Made by a program: the position numbers and the translations under genes. From an uncultured Bacteriovoracaceae bacterium (lineage in GTDB: Bacteria; Desulfobacterota; Desulfomonilia; UBA1062): a stretch of DNA of 64,000 nucleotides. The stretch is from assembly GCA_964600235.1 (NCBI GenBank), contig CAZRIV010000001.1:286727-350726 (forward strand), given 5' to 3'. The notes under the pieces are model-generated. The model did not search any database, was not told the DNA's origin, and saw only the letters and a program-made list of their open reading frames with translations. Shown in pieces: positions 27,554 to 37,923 of this stretch. The stretch's first letter is position 1; the number at the start of each line of letters is the position of its first letter.

Positions 27554-27742
27554 CTAGTCAGGAAGAAGCTTGCTTATCTTATCAAGCAGATCGCTTATCT
27601 CCTTCTGCCTCGCCTTCAAGTAATCCCGATACTCGAAAGACATCCTGGCATGATGGATCTCGATACGGGTTGTCACCTCTTCCCTGTTTAGAAGCATCTT
27701 GAGCAGCGTGAGTTCTTCTTTGGAGATTTCCAGTGTCATCAT
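27554..27742 (-). CDS. small hypothetical protein (62 aa, predicted helical)
   Basis: ATG preceded by a GGAGG RBS at good spacing; charged helical sequence MMTLEISKEELTLLKMLLNREEV.... It is co-directional with and 185 nt upstream of the MoxR operon. Confidence 0.4.
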   Translation of the reverse strand: MMTLEISKEELTLLKMLLNREEVTTRIEIHHARMSFEYRDYLKARQKEISDLLDKISKLLPD

Positions 27743-28050
27743 GTTAACCTCCTTATAAGTTAAAAGTAAGAATACCAGTCACATGAGTCAAGCCCATGAC
27801 CTGATTAAAATCCTGCCGAACTCTCTGCCGTGCCGAGTGCTCCCGGGTCTGATCGATTCAAGTAATCTCATTTTTACCGGCCCTGCACTGGCCCGCCGGT
27901 GCCATCTGTGCCCACGATGCACTGTTAAACCCGGATGTGCGTTTGAAGGGGTGTAAAAACTTCTTCAGTTAAAGCACTCTTGAAAGTGTATCGGCTGTGT
28001 ATGGACACATTCAAAAGCACCATCCGGGCTAAAATACATTATAGCGATAA

Positions 28051-30366
28051 ATGATTTCGTATGTTAAGATAAATATGCAATATTCCGATACTCACCACGA
28101 AGGTTACATCATGGCTGACATGCGCTACAGACAGATCCTTGAAGATATGGAGGAAGGTTACTACGAGATAGATCTCACCGGGACCTTCACGTTCGTAAAC
28201 AAGATCGTCTGCAAGATTGCCGAATTACCCGCAGACGAGATCGTGGGCATGAATTACCTGGATTACACCACCCGGAGCACTGCCAAACGTGTGTTTAAGA
28301 GCTTCAACAAGGTGTTCCAGACGGGCATCCCCCAACGGGTTGAATATGAGATCATCCTTAAGGACAACTCCAGGAAGACCATTGAGAATTCCATCAGCCT
28401 CCTGCGCGACAGTGATCTGAATGTCATCGGTTTCTGCGGACTGGTCACCGACATTACCAAGAGGAAAAAGCTGGAAGAACAGCTTAGAAAAAATCAGGAG
28501 CGCTTCGAGGGCCTTTTTGAAAATGCCAATGAGCTCATCATCACGACGGATGCCTATGGCTACATCAGGCGCCTGAACAAGAAATGCGAAGAGATATCAG
28601 GATATACGAGAAATGAACTCATCGGCAAGAGTATCCTGGTCATCGCACACCCTGATGACCGGAACACCTACATCCATTTCTGGCAGCAGCTCCTGGAAGG
28701 TCAGACTCCAAGACTCGAGCTGAGGGCCATAACCAAGGACGGCCACGACGCATATCTCCTGGCGAGCGGCAGCGTGCTGAAAAAAGGCGGCAAGATTGAA
28801 GAGGTGCAGTACAACGCCCAGGAAATCTCTCCCCTGATAAGTGCGAAGCAGACTATTGAAGACCTCAAGAACCTCTTGAGCAGCATCTTTGAGTCGAACC
28901 CGAACCTCATCATCTGTCTGGACTGTACCGGCAAGGTCCAGATGGTCAACCCGATCACCGAGAGGATCTTCCATAAGCCTTCCTCGGCCATGGTAGGGAA
29001 AAGCCTCTCTTCCCTGAGCCCCCAGATGGCCTCTTTCCAGAAGACCATCCAGGCGGTGCAGAAAGAACGCATCCCCCAGTTCCTTCACGAGGAGACCCTT
29101 TCTGATGACCCGAATGCGCTCTTTGATGTAAACATCTACCCGCTCACCAACCCTTCCCTGGGCGGTGTGGTTTTTACCGCTGTCGATATTTCAGACAAGA
29201 AACACATGGAGCTTCAGCTCATCCATGCACAGAAAATGGAGACCATCGGGGAACTGGCCGGAGGTGTAGCGCACGACTTCAACAACATCCTCACCGGGAT
29301 TACCGGCAATATCTGCATGCTCAAATATACCTCTGACGAAGACAAGAGGATACACTATATCGAGACCCTGGAAAACATATCGGACAGGGCCCGTGATCTC
29401 ATCCAGCAGATGCTCGTCTTCACCAAGAGGCATGAGGGCAAACCCGAGCACATAACCCTCAATCAGGTCGTCCGGGAAGTCATTGACATGTCGGTAAAAT
29501 CAATACCCAAGAATATAACCATTGATTACAATTCAAATGGGAAGGATTTCTGGGTATTTATCGACCACACGCACCTCACCCAGGTTCTCCTCAATCTGGT
29601 AGTCAACGCAAAAGATGCCCTTGGTGACAGGCAGGACGGCATGATCTCCATAACCATGAACCAGGTCCATATCGACAAGGAATCCAAGAGACAGTACCTT
29701 CTGGGCTCCATAGGCAAGTATGTACGGATCGACGTAAAAGACAACGGCGCAGGCATGAATCAGGAAATCCTTCCCAAGATATTCGATCCTTTTTTCAGCA
29801 CCAAGCAGAAAGGTCCGGATAAGGGCACGGGGCTTGGCCTTTCCATCGCCTATAATATCATCAAGAACTCAGGGGGCAGCATTCAGGTCAGCTCCTGTGA
29901 GGGAAAGGGTTCTACATTCAGCGTATTGCTGCCCATATCCCCCCAGAAGGGGAAGGTGTTCTCCTCCGAGCATAAGTTCACCCAGGGCGCTGTCAGTCAG
30001 AACGCACGAATACTCGTCGTCGATGATGAGGAAATGCTCAGGGACATAGGCAGGGAAATGCTCAACCTGCTTGGGCATTCCGTGGTGACTGCCTGTAACG
30101 GGAATGAATGCATGGACATCCTCAAGAAGGACACACGGGGATTTGATCTGGTCATACTCGATATGATCATGCCCGGACTTGACGGCTACCATACGCTCCT
30201 GGAAATGGAGAAACATAAAATCGATACTCGGGTGGTCATTTCATCGGGGTTCTCTTTTGATCACGAAAAACAGGACGTCCTTTCAAACCCATTGATAGTT
30301 GCACGGCTGAACAAGCCGTTCAACCTGCATGAACTCTCACAGATCCTCGAAGAAGCTCTTTCATGA
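28051..30366 (+). CDS. hybrid sensor histidine kinase (multiple PAS, HisKA, HATPase_c, C-terminal receiver)
   Basis: H-box HDFNNILTGITGN, G-box GTGLGLSIAYNIIKNSGG, and a receiver domain ILVVDDEEMLRD...DLVILDMIMPGLDG. Start may be the Met at 28111. Confidence 0.85.
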   Translation: MISYVKINMQYSDTHHEGYIMADMRYRQILEDMEEGYYEIDLTGTFTFVNKIVCKIAELPADEIVGMNYLDYTTRSTAKRVFKSFNKVFQTGIPQRVEYEIILKDNSRKTIENSISLLRDSDLNVIGFCGLVTDITKRKKLEEQLRKNQERFEGLFENANELIITTDAYGYIRRLNKKCEEISGYTRNELIGKSILVIAHPDDRNTYIHFWQQLLEGQTPRLELRAITKDGHDAYLLASGSVLKKGGKIEEVQYNAQEISPLISAKQTIEDLKNLLSSIFESNPNLIICLDCTGKVQMVNPITERIFHKPSSAMVGKSLSSLSPQMASFQKTIQAVQKERIPQFLHEETLSDDPNALFDVNIYPLTNPSLGGVVFTAVDISDKKHMELQLIHAQKMETIGELAGGVAHDFNNILTGITGNICMLKYTSDEDKRIHYIETLENISDRARDLIQQMLVFTKRHEGKPEHITLNQVVREVIDMSVKSIPKNITIDYNSNGKDFWVFIDHTHLTQVLLNLVVNAKDALGDRQDGMISITMNQVHIDKESKRQYLLGSIGKYVRIDVKDNGAGMNQEILPKIFDPFFSTKQKGPDKGTGLGLSIAYNIIKNSGGSIQVSSCEGKGSTFSVLLPISPQKGKVFSSEHKFTQGAVSQNARILVVDDEEMLRDIGREMLNLLGHSVVTACNGNECMDILKKDTRGFDLVILDMIMPGLDGYHTLLEMEKHKIDTRVVISSGFSFDHEKQDVLSNPLIVARLNKPFNLHELSQILEEALS

Positions 30367-30500
30367 CAGGACCGCTCATTGGTCTCCTTTCATAATTTTT
30401 CACCGGCTCATCTTCCATCTTATCCATGCCGATATTATCATGTAGTTCAGGTGATTGAAAATCCGCCAGACGGCATTATCTGACTCGGGGGCTCCGACAT

Positions 30501-32030
30501 ATGGCAGACAACAGCGAATTCAACGATGCTTTCTTCGAAGACCTGTTCGAGAATTCTACCGCCGTATCTGCAGTTACCGACGCTTATGGCGTTCTCAAGA
30601 AGGTAAACAAGCGCTCACTTGAATTGTTCTTCGGCAAGGCCCGAGGCAGGGACTCGGTCATCGGCAGAAACATACTGGATTTCATTCATAAAGACGACAG
30701 ACCCAAGGTTATTGATCTCTGGAAACAGAGCCTCGCAGAGAAGAAAGAAGTGAATTACGAGCTGCGCATGACGTCCAATGAGGGCCATGTGATGTATTTC
30801 CTCATAAGCGGACGGCCTATCATTAAGGGGGGCAAGATAGTCATGTTCCATTACCAGGCCCTTAACATGGTAGACCAGAAGGTGCAGGAACAAAATCTTC
30901 TGCATTCCGCGAGCGTAGAGATACTCTCCCAGATCGCAGGCGGATTCGCCCACGACTTCAACAACCTGCTCACGGTAATCAATGGCTATTCTGAGATCAT
31001 GAAGATGCAGATCGATGAGAAGGATCCAAACTATCAGAAAGTCAGCCAGATATGCCAGGCAGGCAGACAGGCATCCATACTCACCTCAAGGATGCTGGAT
31101 TTCAGCAGGAGAAACAAGGCCGAGGCAAAACCCCTGGATGTCAATGCGGAAATCTCCAACCAGGAAAGCATCATCAAACATGTAATCGGCGAAAATATCA
31201 TGTTGAATTTCATGAAATCAGCCGATCTCCCGCCGGTGACCATAGAGCCTCCCCAGTTCACGACCCTGCTGATAAACCTCACGCTCAACGCCAAAGAGGC
31301 CATGCAGAAAGGCGGTGAAATTACCATCGGCACAGACTCATTGAGCATCAATGCCGCAAATGAGTCTGCCTACCCCCAGGCACCTCACGGAGAATATGTG
31401 GTCCTCACGGTTCATGACAACGGAGAAGGGATGACCGAAGATGTGAAAAACCAGATATTCGATCCCTTCTTCTCCACCCGCGAGGGAGGTAAAGGCATAG
31501 GGCTGTGGACGGTCCAGAACATTGTCAGTGACGCCCGCGGATTCATCGCGCTCGATACGCTGCCAGGTTCCGGAACCACCTTTTCGATACTGCTTCCCGT
31601 CTCTTCCGTGAAGACCGAGAAGATCGGACGGATTCCGGCAAAGGAAACCTCACGTGCGTCTGCCCCCCAGGAATCAAAAACCATCCTCATCGTGGAAGAC
31701 GACGACACGGTACGGGACCTCGTGAGCGAAATCCTCAAGCAGCAGGGCCACACAATCCTGACCGCCCGGAATGGCGGCGACGCCCTCCAGCTTGCCCGAC
31801 AGGTCGAAGGCCAGATCGACCTGCTCATTACGGACATGGTCATGCGCAGGATTGACGGCAAGATGCTTTCCCGCAAGATAAAATCTCTCTGGCCCGGTAT
31901 CAGGGTCCTGTTCATGTCCGGTTATGGAGGCGATGTGGTGAGCGAAGAAGGCCTTGATAAAAAAGCCTTCCTGCAGAAACCCTTCCTTCCCCAGGACCTC
32001 ATTGACAAGGTGGGTGCCGTTCTCAAATAA
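30501..32030 (+). CDS. hybrid sensor histidine kinase (PAS, HisKA, HATPase_c, C-terminal receiver)
   Basis: HDFNNLLTVINGYSEI, GKGIGLWTVQNIV, and a receiver domain ILIVEDDDTVRD...DLLITDMVMRRIDG. Confidence 0.85.
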   Translation: MADNSEFNDAFFEDLFENSTAVSAVTDAYGVLKKVNKRSLELFFGKARGRDSVIGRNILDFIHKDDRPKVIDLWKQSLAEKKEVNYELRMTSNEGHVMYFLISGRPIIKGGKIVMFHYQALNMVDQKVQEQNLLHSASVEILSQIAGGFAHDFNNLLTVINGYSEIMKMQIDEKDPNYQKVSQICQAGRQASILTSRMLDFSRRNKAEAKPLDVNAEISNQESIIKHVIGENIMLNFMKSADLPPVTIEPPQFTTLLINLTLNAKEAMQKGGEITIGTDSLSINAANESAYPQAPHGEYVVLTVHDNGEGMTEDVKNQIFDPFFSTREGGKGIGLWTVQNIVSDARGFIALDTLPGSGTTFSILLPVSSVKTEKIGRIPAKETSRASAPQESKTILIVEDDDTVRDLVSEILKQQGHTILTARNGGDALQLARQVEGQIDLLITDMVMRRIDGKMLSRKIKSLWPGIRVLFMSGYGGDVVSEEGLDKKAFLQKPFLPQDLIDKVGAVLK

Positions 32031-32068
32031 AGGCTCATTACCGTCCGAGGGAAAGAGTCCTTCTCTTC

Positions 32069-32758
32069 TTATCTGACAATGCACCTCTCTGTCAGACCGC
32101 CAAGTACAGAAACGAGGTCGTCAATCTGTCGATCGGTCAATGACGTCCTTCCCACAAAGGTCTTGTCCAGATGTTTCGAAGAAACAAACCTCTGAAGCAC
32201 ATACAGGCGGGCCCCCTGAACCATCTCCCCGATATTCAGGACATCCTGCTCGTTGAGCAGTGAATTCTCGATTGTTGTCCTGAATTCATAGGGTATTCCC
32301 GAGGACATGATCACAGAAACGCTTTCCCGTATGTGCTTGATATCTATTAATGATCCCGCCGCAATGGAATATTTGTCCCAGGGGGCTTTGATGTCCATTG
32401 CAATATAATCCACGAGGTTCTTTCTCATGCACTCCTTGATGACATTCGGTCTCGACCCGTTTGTATCGAGTTTTATGGGATAACCCATTGATTTCACTTT
32501 CCCCATAAAGGTAACGAGGCCTTTCTGCACAGAGGGTTCCCCGCCCGTAATAACCACGCCATCGAGCTTGCCTCTCCTTTTTTCCAGGTATGAGTAGATA
32601 TCATCAAGTTCGAGTGGTCGGGTGTATTGATCCGGATCCACAAGTTCAGGGTTGTGGCAGTAGGGACACCTGAAATTGCACCCCTGGGTAAAGACAACCG
32701 CGCTGATCTTGCCCGGATAATCGATAAAAGATGTCTTTTGAACATAGCCGATCTTCAT
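32069..32758 (-). CDS. nrdG: anaerobic ribonucleoside-triphosphate reductase activating protein (radical SAM)
   Basis: CNFRCPYCHN radical-SAM cluster motif together with the NrdG length and pattern. Start taken at the internal Met (MKIGYVQKTSFIDYPGK) rather than the ORF-track start at 32863. Confidence 0.85.
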   Translation of the reverse strand: MKIGYVQKTSFIDYPGKISAVVFTQGCNFRCPYCHNPELVDPDQYTRPLELDDIYSYLEKRRGKLDGVVITGGEPSVQKGLVTFMGKVKSMGYPIKLDTNGSRPNVIKECMRKNLVDYIAMDIKAPWDKYSIAAGSLIDIKHIRESVSVIMSSGIPYEFRTTIENSLLNEQDVLNIGEMVQGARLYVLQRFVSSKHLDKTFVGRTSLTDRQIDDLVSVLGGLTERCIVR

Positions 32759-33091
32759 GTAATGCTCACCTTTCTGAGAAATATTTATAGCCGACAGTCC
32801 GCATACCCGCAAGAACTGCGAATGGTCCTCATCTCCCGTGAATGAAAAGCGTTGCCGCGGCATGGTGTTGCATCCACGGCCGGCCGGCTGTCCTTGATTT
32901 TTCGCTCGAATGTACTAATAAATACCCCTGTAGGTTTCATATACCATATAATGTCTGTTCAAGATTTCTTTCCATAAGGACGATCCTTGTGTTATGAGAT
33001 ACTACAACAGATTCTTGAGGTTCATATGGACATCGGTTCAGACTCCTAGGGGCTATTCTGTCAGGTATCAGAAGGGGGAATAGGGCTCGTC

Positions 33092-33475
33092 ATGGCTAAA
33101 AATCGCATACTCATTATGGATGACGAAGAGCTTATCCTGGACGTTGTGAGCAGCATGCTCGAATACCTGGGATACGAAGTGGAGCTTTCGAGAAACGGAC
33201 ATGAGGCGCTCGATAAATACAGTGCCGCCATGAATGACGGAAAGCCGTTCGGCGCGGTGATCATGGATCTCACCATACCTGGAAGCAGGGGTGGAAAAGA
33301 GGTTATCCAGGATCTCATCAAGATTGACCCTTCGGTGAAGGCCATCGTTTCGAGCGGATACTCGAATGACCCTATCATGTCCAACTGCACCGAATACGGT
33401 TTCAAGGGCGTTGTAAAGAAACCCTTCAAGATGGATGAACTCAGCAACGTCATCGAACTTACCTTAAAGGGCTGA
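33092..33475 (+). CDS. single-domain response regulator (CheY-like receiver)
   Basis: ILIMDDEELIL...VIMDLTIPGSRGG...VSSGY...KKPF receiver signature; 127 aa; GGGGGA RBS. Confidence 0.8.
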   Translation: MAKNRILIMDDEELILDVVSSMLEYLGYEVELSRNGHEALDKYSAAMNDGKPFGAVIMDLTIPGSRGGKEVIQDLIKIDPSVKAIVSSGYSNDPIMSNCTEYGFKGVVKKPFKMDELSNVIELTLKG

Positions 33476-33571
33476 CATACCTCCACCGTCACCTGGAGAG
33501 AAGCTCTCATACGCAGGGCCCTCGGCAGGACAACCAAGGGCCCCGACCTTGCGAACGTAACCGGATCCTTC

Positions 33572-35785
33572 TTATACCTGCTGAATCAGATCCACTTGGT
33601 TTTCAGCATGCGGGCTCAAGGCATCCTCGGCATTCTGATGCTCTTTAACCTGAATCTTATACACCTGGCCCGCTAAGAGATCTTCAGCAGATACGGCCGT
33701 CTCGACACGGAATGACTTCCTCTGCAGGAATTCTTCCTTCTTCCCGTTATTCCACTGGGCAACCGGCCTCAAGTACCCCACGACCCGGGAATATACCTCA
33801 GTGGTCTCACCGCAATCCGGGCACTGGGCATGATTTCCTGCCAGGTACCCATGCGCGGGGCAGACACTGAAGGTCGGACTGAAGGTGAAGTAGGGGATCT
33901 TGTAGCCAAGGCAGATCTTCTTCACCAGGTGCTTGATTACCTCGTGGTCATCTACCCTCTCGCCGGCGAAGAGATGCATGACCGTCCCACCTGTATACTT
34001 TGCCTGGATCTCATCCTGGAGGTCCAGAGCCTCGAAGATGTCATCCGTGTAGTTCACCGGGAGCTGTGAAGAGTTTGTATAGTATGGTTCGTGCCCCTGG
34101 GTGTACGCTTCCTCGTTGGCGCAGATGATCTCGGGGTATGTCTTCTTGTCGATCCGGGCCATGCGGTAGGAGGTCCCTTCTGCCGGTGTGGCCTCAAAAT
34201 TGTAATTGTTCCCCGTCATCGCCTGGAGGAGGAGCAGCTTATGCCTGATAAAATCAGAAACCCTCAGGGCAAAATTGCGGCCCTGATCGGTGCCGATGTC
34301 CTTGCCGAAAAGGTTTATGCACGCCTCGTTCATGCCCAGGATGCCGATGGTGGAGAAGTGATTCTTCCAGTATTCGCCGAATTTCTGCTTCATGCCGGCG
34401 AGGTAATACTTGGTGTATGGGTAGAGGTTGCTCTGGGTAAAGCTCTCCAAGACCTTTCGCTTGATCTCCAGGCTGGCACTGGCCACATCGATAAGCGCCT
34501 CGAGCCTGCTCATGAACTCCGTCTCGCTGGCGCTGAGATACCCGAGCCGGGGGAGATTGATGGTTACGACACCTATGGATCCGGTCAGGGGGTTGGATCC
34601 AAAGAGGCCGCCTCCCCTCTTGACCAGCTCACGATTGTCGATCCTGAGCCTGCAGCACATGCTCCTGGCGTCTCCCGGGTCCATGTCGGAGTTGATGAAA
34701 TTGGAGAAGTAGGGAACACCGTACTTGCCGGTCATCTCCCACAGGCCTGTGAGATCCGGGTTGTCCCAGTTGAAGTCAGAGGTGATATTATACGTGGGTA
34801 TGGGGAAGGTGAACACCCTTCCCTTGGCATCGCCCGCAGCCATTACCTCGACAAAGGCGCGATTGAACATGTCCATTTCCTTCTGGAATTCGCCGTAGGT
34901 GGCTTCCTGGATCCTGCCGCCGATAACCACACCCTGGTCCTTGTAGTGGGCCGGCACGTCCAGGTCCAGGGTGACGTTGGTGAACGGCGTCTGGAAACCT
35001 ACCCTGGTGGGCACATTGATGTTGAAGATGAATTCCTGCAGGGCCTGCTTGACCTGGATGTAATCCAGGGAGTCATACCGGATGAAGGGCGCCAGCAGCG
35101 TATCGAAATTGGAGAAGGCCTGGGCGCCGGCAGCCTCGCCCTGGAGCGTATAGAAAAAGTTTACTATCTGACCGAGAGCGGTCCTGAAGTGCTTTGCCGG
35201 CTTGCTTTCCACCTTGCCTGCCGCTCCCTTGAATCCCTGGAGAAGAAGGTCGTAGAGGTCCCACCCTACGCAATAGACGGAGATGATGTTCAGGTCGTGG
35301 ATGTGGAAGTCCCCGTTCGAGTGCGCATTCCTCACCTCGGGGGGATATATCTTGTTGAGCCAGTATATCTTGCTGATCTCTGAGGACAGATAATTATTCA
35401 GACCCTGTAGCGAGAAGGCCATATTACTGTTTTCGTTCACCTGCCAGTCGAGCTTGTCGAGATACTGGTCTATGAGATCAACCCCCATGCCGGCCTTTAT
35501 CTCACGGATTTTCGCGTGCTGGTCACGGTAGATGATGTATGCCTTCGCCGTCTTCTTGAGCATGGACTGGAGAAGAACCTCCTCCACGATGTCCTGGATC
35601 TCCTCCACGGTAGGTATGTCCTTGATGCCTTGCTCTGCAATGGAGAGCACCTTGATCATGAGTTTGTGCGCCATGCCTTCATCAAATTCTCCGGTTGCAT
35701 TTCCGGCCTTGGCTATGGCTTCTGTTATCTTGGACGCATCGAATGTCACTACCCTGCCGTTTCTTTTCTTGATGGTGGTAAACAT
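33572..35785 (-). CDS. nrdD: anaerobic ribonucleoside-triphosphate reductase, class III
   Basis: N-terminal ATP-cone; C-terminal Zn-ribbon CPDCGETTEV and the glycyl-radical motif RVVGYLRPV; 737 aa. Confidence 0.9.
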   Translation of the reverse strand: MFTTIKKRNGRVVTFDASKITEAIAKAGNATGEFDEGMAHKLMIKVLSIAEQGIKDIPTVEEIQDIVEEVLLQSMLKKTAKAYIIYRDQHAKIREIKAGMGVDLIDQYLDKLDWQVNENSNMAFSLQGLNNYLSSEISKIYWLNKIYPPEVRNAHSNGDFHIHDLNIISVYCVGWDLYDLLLQGFKGAAGKVESKPAKHFRTALGQIVNFFYTLQGEAAGAQAFSNFDTLLAPFIRYDSLDYIQVKQALQEFIFNINVPTRVGFQTPFTNVTLDLDVPAHYKDQGVVIGGRIQEATYGEFQKEMDMFNRAFVEVMAAGDAKGRVFTFPIPTYNITSDFNWDNPDLTGLWEMTGKYGVPYFSNFINSDMDPGDARSMCCRLRIDNRELVKRGGGLFGSNPLTGSIGVVTINLPRLGYLSASETEFMSRLEALIDVASASLEIKRKVLESFTQSNLYPYTKYYLAGMKQKFGEYWKNHFSTIGILGMNEACINLFGKDIGTDQGRNFALRVSDFIRHKLLLLQAMTGNNYNFEATPAEGTSYRMARIDKKTYPEIICANEEAYTQGHEPYYTNSSQLPVNYTDDIFEALDLQDEIQAKYTGGTVMHLFAGERVDDHEVIKHLVKKICLGYKIPYFTFSPTFSVCPAHGYLAGNHAQCPDCGETTEVYSRVVGYLRPVAQWNNGKKEEFLQRKSFRVETAVSAEDLLAGQVYKIQVKEHQNAEDALSPHAENQVDLIQQV

Positions 35786-35906
35786 GCCCTTCCTCCCTTG
35801 TTTTCAACCCTAGTTACGCTGATCATGCGCCTGAAGGATTCCGCCCGCTGCTGCCCCACACCTTATATACAGTAAACTTCTGCTCCTTCTGCATCCCTGG
35901 CAATAA

Positions 35907-35951
35907 TACTATATATAGTGTACCAAGATCATCAAGCTACTATATATAGGC
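35907..35951. promoter_or_regulatory. tandem NrdR boxes upstream of nrdD
   Basis: Two copies of the palindrome ACTATATATAG(T) (atactatatatagtgt at 35907-35922 and ctactatatatagg at 35938-35951), spaced 31 bp start-to-start, in the AT-rich nrdD promoter region. The NrdR box consensus is acaCwAtATaTwGtgt. Confidence 0.6.
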
Positions 35952-36114
35952 CAATCAAAAAGAAATGCAAGAAAATAATGTAAGGAATAGTTCCTGATAA
36001 TAATTTTGTTTACATGAACAATCCCTGGACAACTTAATTGAATACAGCTCGTTGCCCTCAAAGGGGTCTGATCGCTCCCACGCGGCTGAATACCTTCCCT
36101 GTCTCGGTCCGCGC

Positions 36115-37923
36115 TTATTCCTTCTCCTCACGGTACATCCCTTCTATCTCCCTGGAGAAGTTCGCATTTACCACCTTGCGCTTGATCTTGAGCGTAGGGG
36201 TGAGCTCACCGGTTTCGATGCTGAATTCCCTGGAGAGGAGAGTAAACCTGCGGATCTGTTCGACCCTTGCGTATTCCTTCATCAGTGTCTCGAGCTTTTC
36301 GCGGTAGAAGGTCACAATCTCAGGTTTTTTGACCAGGTCTTCGTTCGAGTCGAAAGAAATGCCCTGTTTCTTGGCATAGGTGGTCAGTTCCTTGAAGTTC
36401 GGCACGATCAGAGCGCTGATGAACTTTCTGCCTTCACCGATCACCACGGACTGTTCGATGTACAGGTCGGATACAAGTGTATTCTCGATATTCTGGGGGG
36501 CTATATTTTTTCCGCCCGCGGTGACAATGATGTCCTTCTTCCTGTCCGTGATATATAAACAGCCCCTCTCGTCTATCCTTCCGATATCACCGGTCATGAA
36601 CCAACCGTCTTCATTGAAGACGGCCTTCGTCTCGTCGGGTTTATTGAAGTACCCCCTCATCACCTGCGGTCCTTTGATCAGGATCTCTCCGTCCTGCGCG
36701 ATCATTACTCGGGTATCGGCAAGGGCAGGTCCGACGGAGCCGAATTCAAACACGTCAAACCTGTTCACATTGGTGACCGGGCTTGTTTCCGTGAGGCCAT
36801 ACCCATTGTGCACCGCAACACCTATGCCGTTGAAGAACCGGTCGATCTCCTTGGACAGGGGGCCTCCTCCGCTGATGAAGATCTTGATGCGGTCGAGACC
36901 CAGCGCCGAGCGCATCTTTGAGAACACGACGGCCTCGGCTATATCATACTGTACCCTGATGGCGGGTGGCAGTGGCTTGCGCTGTACCAGGTAATCGACG
37001 GCCCTGTCGGAAACGCCCAGTGCCCATTCAAAAAGCTTCTTTTTCAGGGCAGGTGCCTTATCAGCCTGGGCCTTGATGCCTGAGTAAAGCTTCTCGAAAA
37101 GCCTGGGCACGCTCACCATCAGGGTCGGCCTGGTCTCTTTCATGTTCTCGAGCACGGTGGCAAAACTCTCGGCAAGGTTGATGAGAGCCCCTATGTGTAT
37201 CATGAGATAGAGGGAGACCGTCCTGCCCAGCGAATGGCTCCAGGGGAGCAGGGAAAGCGACTCATCGGCATGGCTTATGAGCGGGTGAGAGGCGTATGCC
37301 TGCAGGACGTTCGCCACAAAGTTGCCGTGGGTGAGCATGACCCCCTTGGGCATTCCGGTCGTGCCGGATGTATAGATGAGGGTGGCAAGACCCTCCGGAT
37401 CGATTGAATTCAACCGCTCCTCGAATACGTATTTATCCTTGAACGCCTCCCCCCGGCGCATCAGTTCATCGAGGGTCAGGATATTGTCTTCAGAAGTGTC
37501 GATTGTGTCGAAGGTTATGATATGCTTCAGGTGCGAGATCCTGTCTTTCATGGAAAGGATCCTGTCCAGATGCTCCTTGTCCGATACGAAAAGCACCTTC
37601 GTACCGGAATCGTTGATGATATAGGCGGCCTCCGCAGCGGAGTTCGTTGCATAGATAGGTGCGGTTGCAGCACCGATGGACAAGGATGCGAGGTCAGCCA
37701 CCATCCACTGCCAGCAATTCTCGGAAAATATCCCCACCATATCCTGTGGATTAATACCCAGCGAGATCAATCCAAGTCCCACCCTGGTGACCATTGAGCG
37801 CATCTCGTTCCAGCTGATGGGGGTGTACCTCCCCTCTTTCTTGTATCTTACAAAGGTCTCATACTGGTAACGTTCCGCCCTGTTGTGGAAAATGCCAGCC
37901 ATGTTTTTTTCAGAGTATCCCAT
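36115..37923 (-). CDS. long-chain fatty acid-CoA ligase (AMP-dependent synthetase/ligase)
   Basis: AMP-binding motifs IYTSGTTGMPKGV and GYGLTETS plus the long-chain acyl-CoA synthetase linker. Start taken at the ATG at 37923 with a GGGGGA RBS; the ORF-track start at 37938 is TTG. Confidence 0.8.
   Translation of the reverse strand: MGYSEKNMAGIFHNRAERYQYETFVRYKKEGRYTPISWNEMRSMVTRVGLGLISLGINPQDMVGIFSENCWQWMVADLASLSIGAATAPIYATNSAAEAAYIINDSGTKVLFVSDKEHLDRILSMKDRISHLKHIITFDTIDTSEDNILTLDELMRRGEAFKDKYVFEERLNSIDPEGLATLIYTSGTTGMPKGVMLTHGNFVANVLQAYASHPLISHADESLSLLPWSHSLGRTVSLYLMIHIGALINLAESFATVLENMKETRPTLMVSVPRLFEKLYSGIKAQADKAPALKKKLFEWALGVSDRAVDYLVQRKPLPPAIRVQYDIAEAVVFSKMRSALGLDRIKIFISGGGPLSKEIDRFFNGIGVAVHNGYGLTETSPVTNVNRFDVFEFGSVGPALADTRVMIAQDGEILIKGPQVMRGYFNKPDETKAVFNEDGWFMTGDIGRIDERGCLYITDRKKDIIVTAGGKNIAPQNIENTLVSDLYIEQSVVIGEGRKFISALIVPNFKELTTYAKKQGISFDSNEDLVKKPEIVTFYREKLETLMKEYARVEQIRRFTLLSREFSIETGELTPTLKIKRKVVNANFSREIEGMYREEKE

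Noticed and set aside
34091-35383. 430-aa ORF antisense to nrdD
   Set aside because: nrdD is certain from its glycyl-radical and ATP-cone motifs; the antisense frame is a composition artefact.
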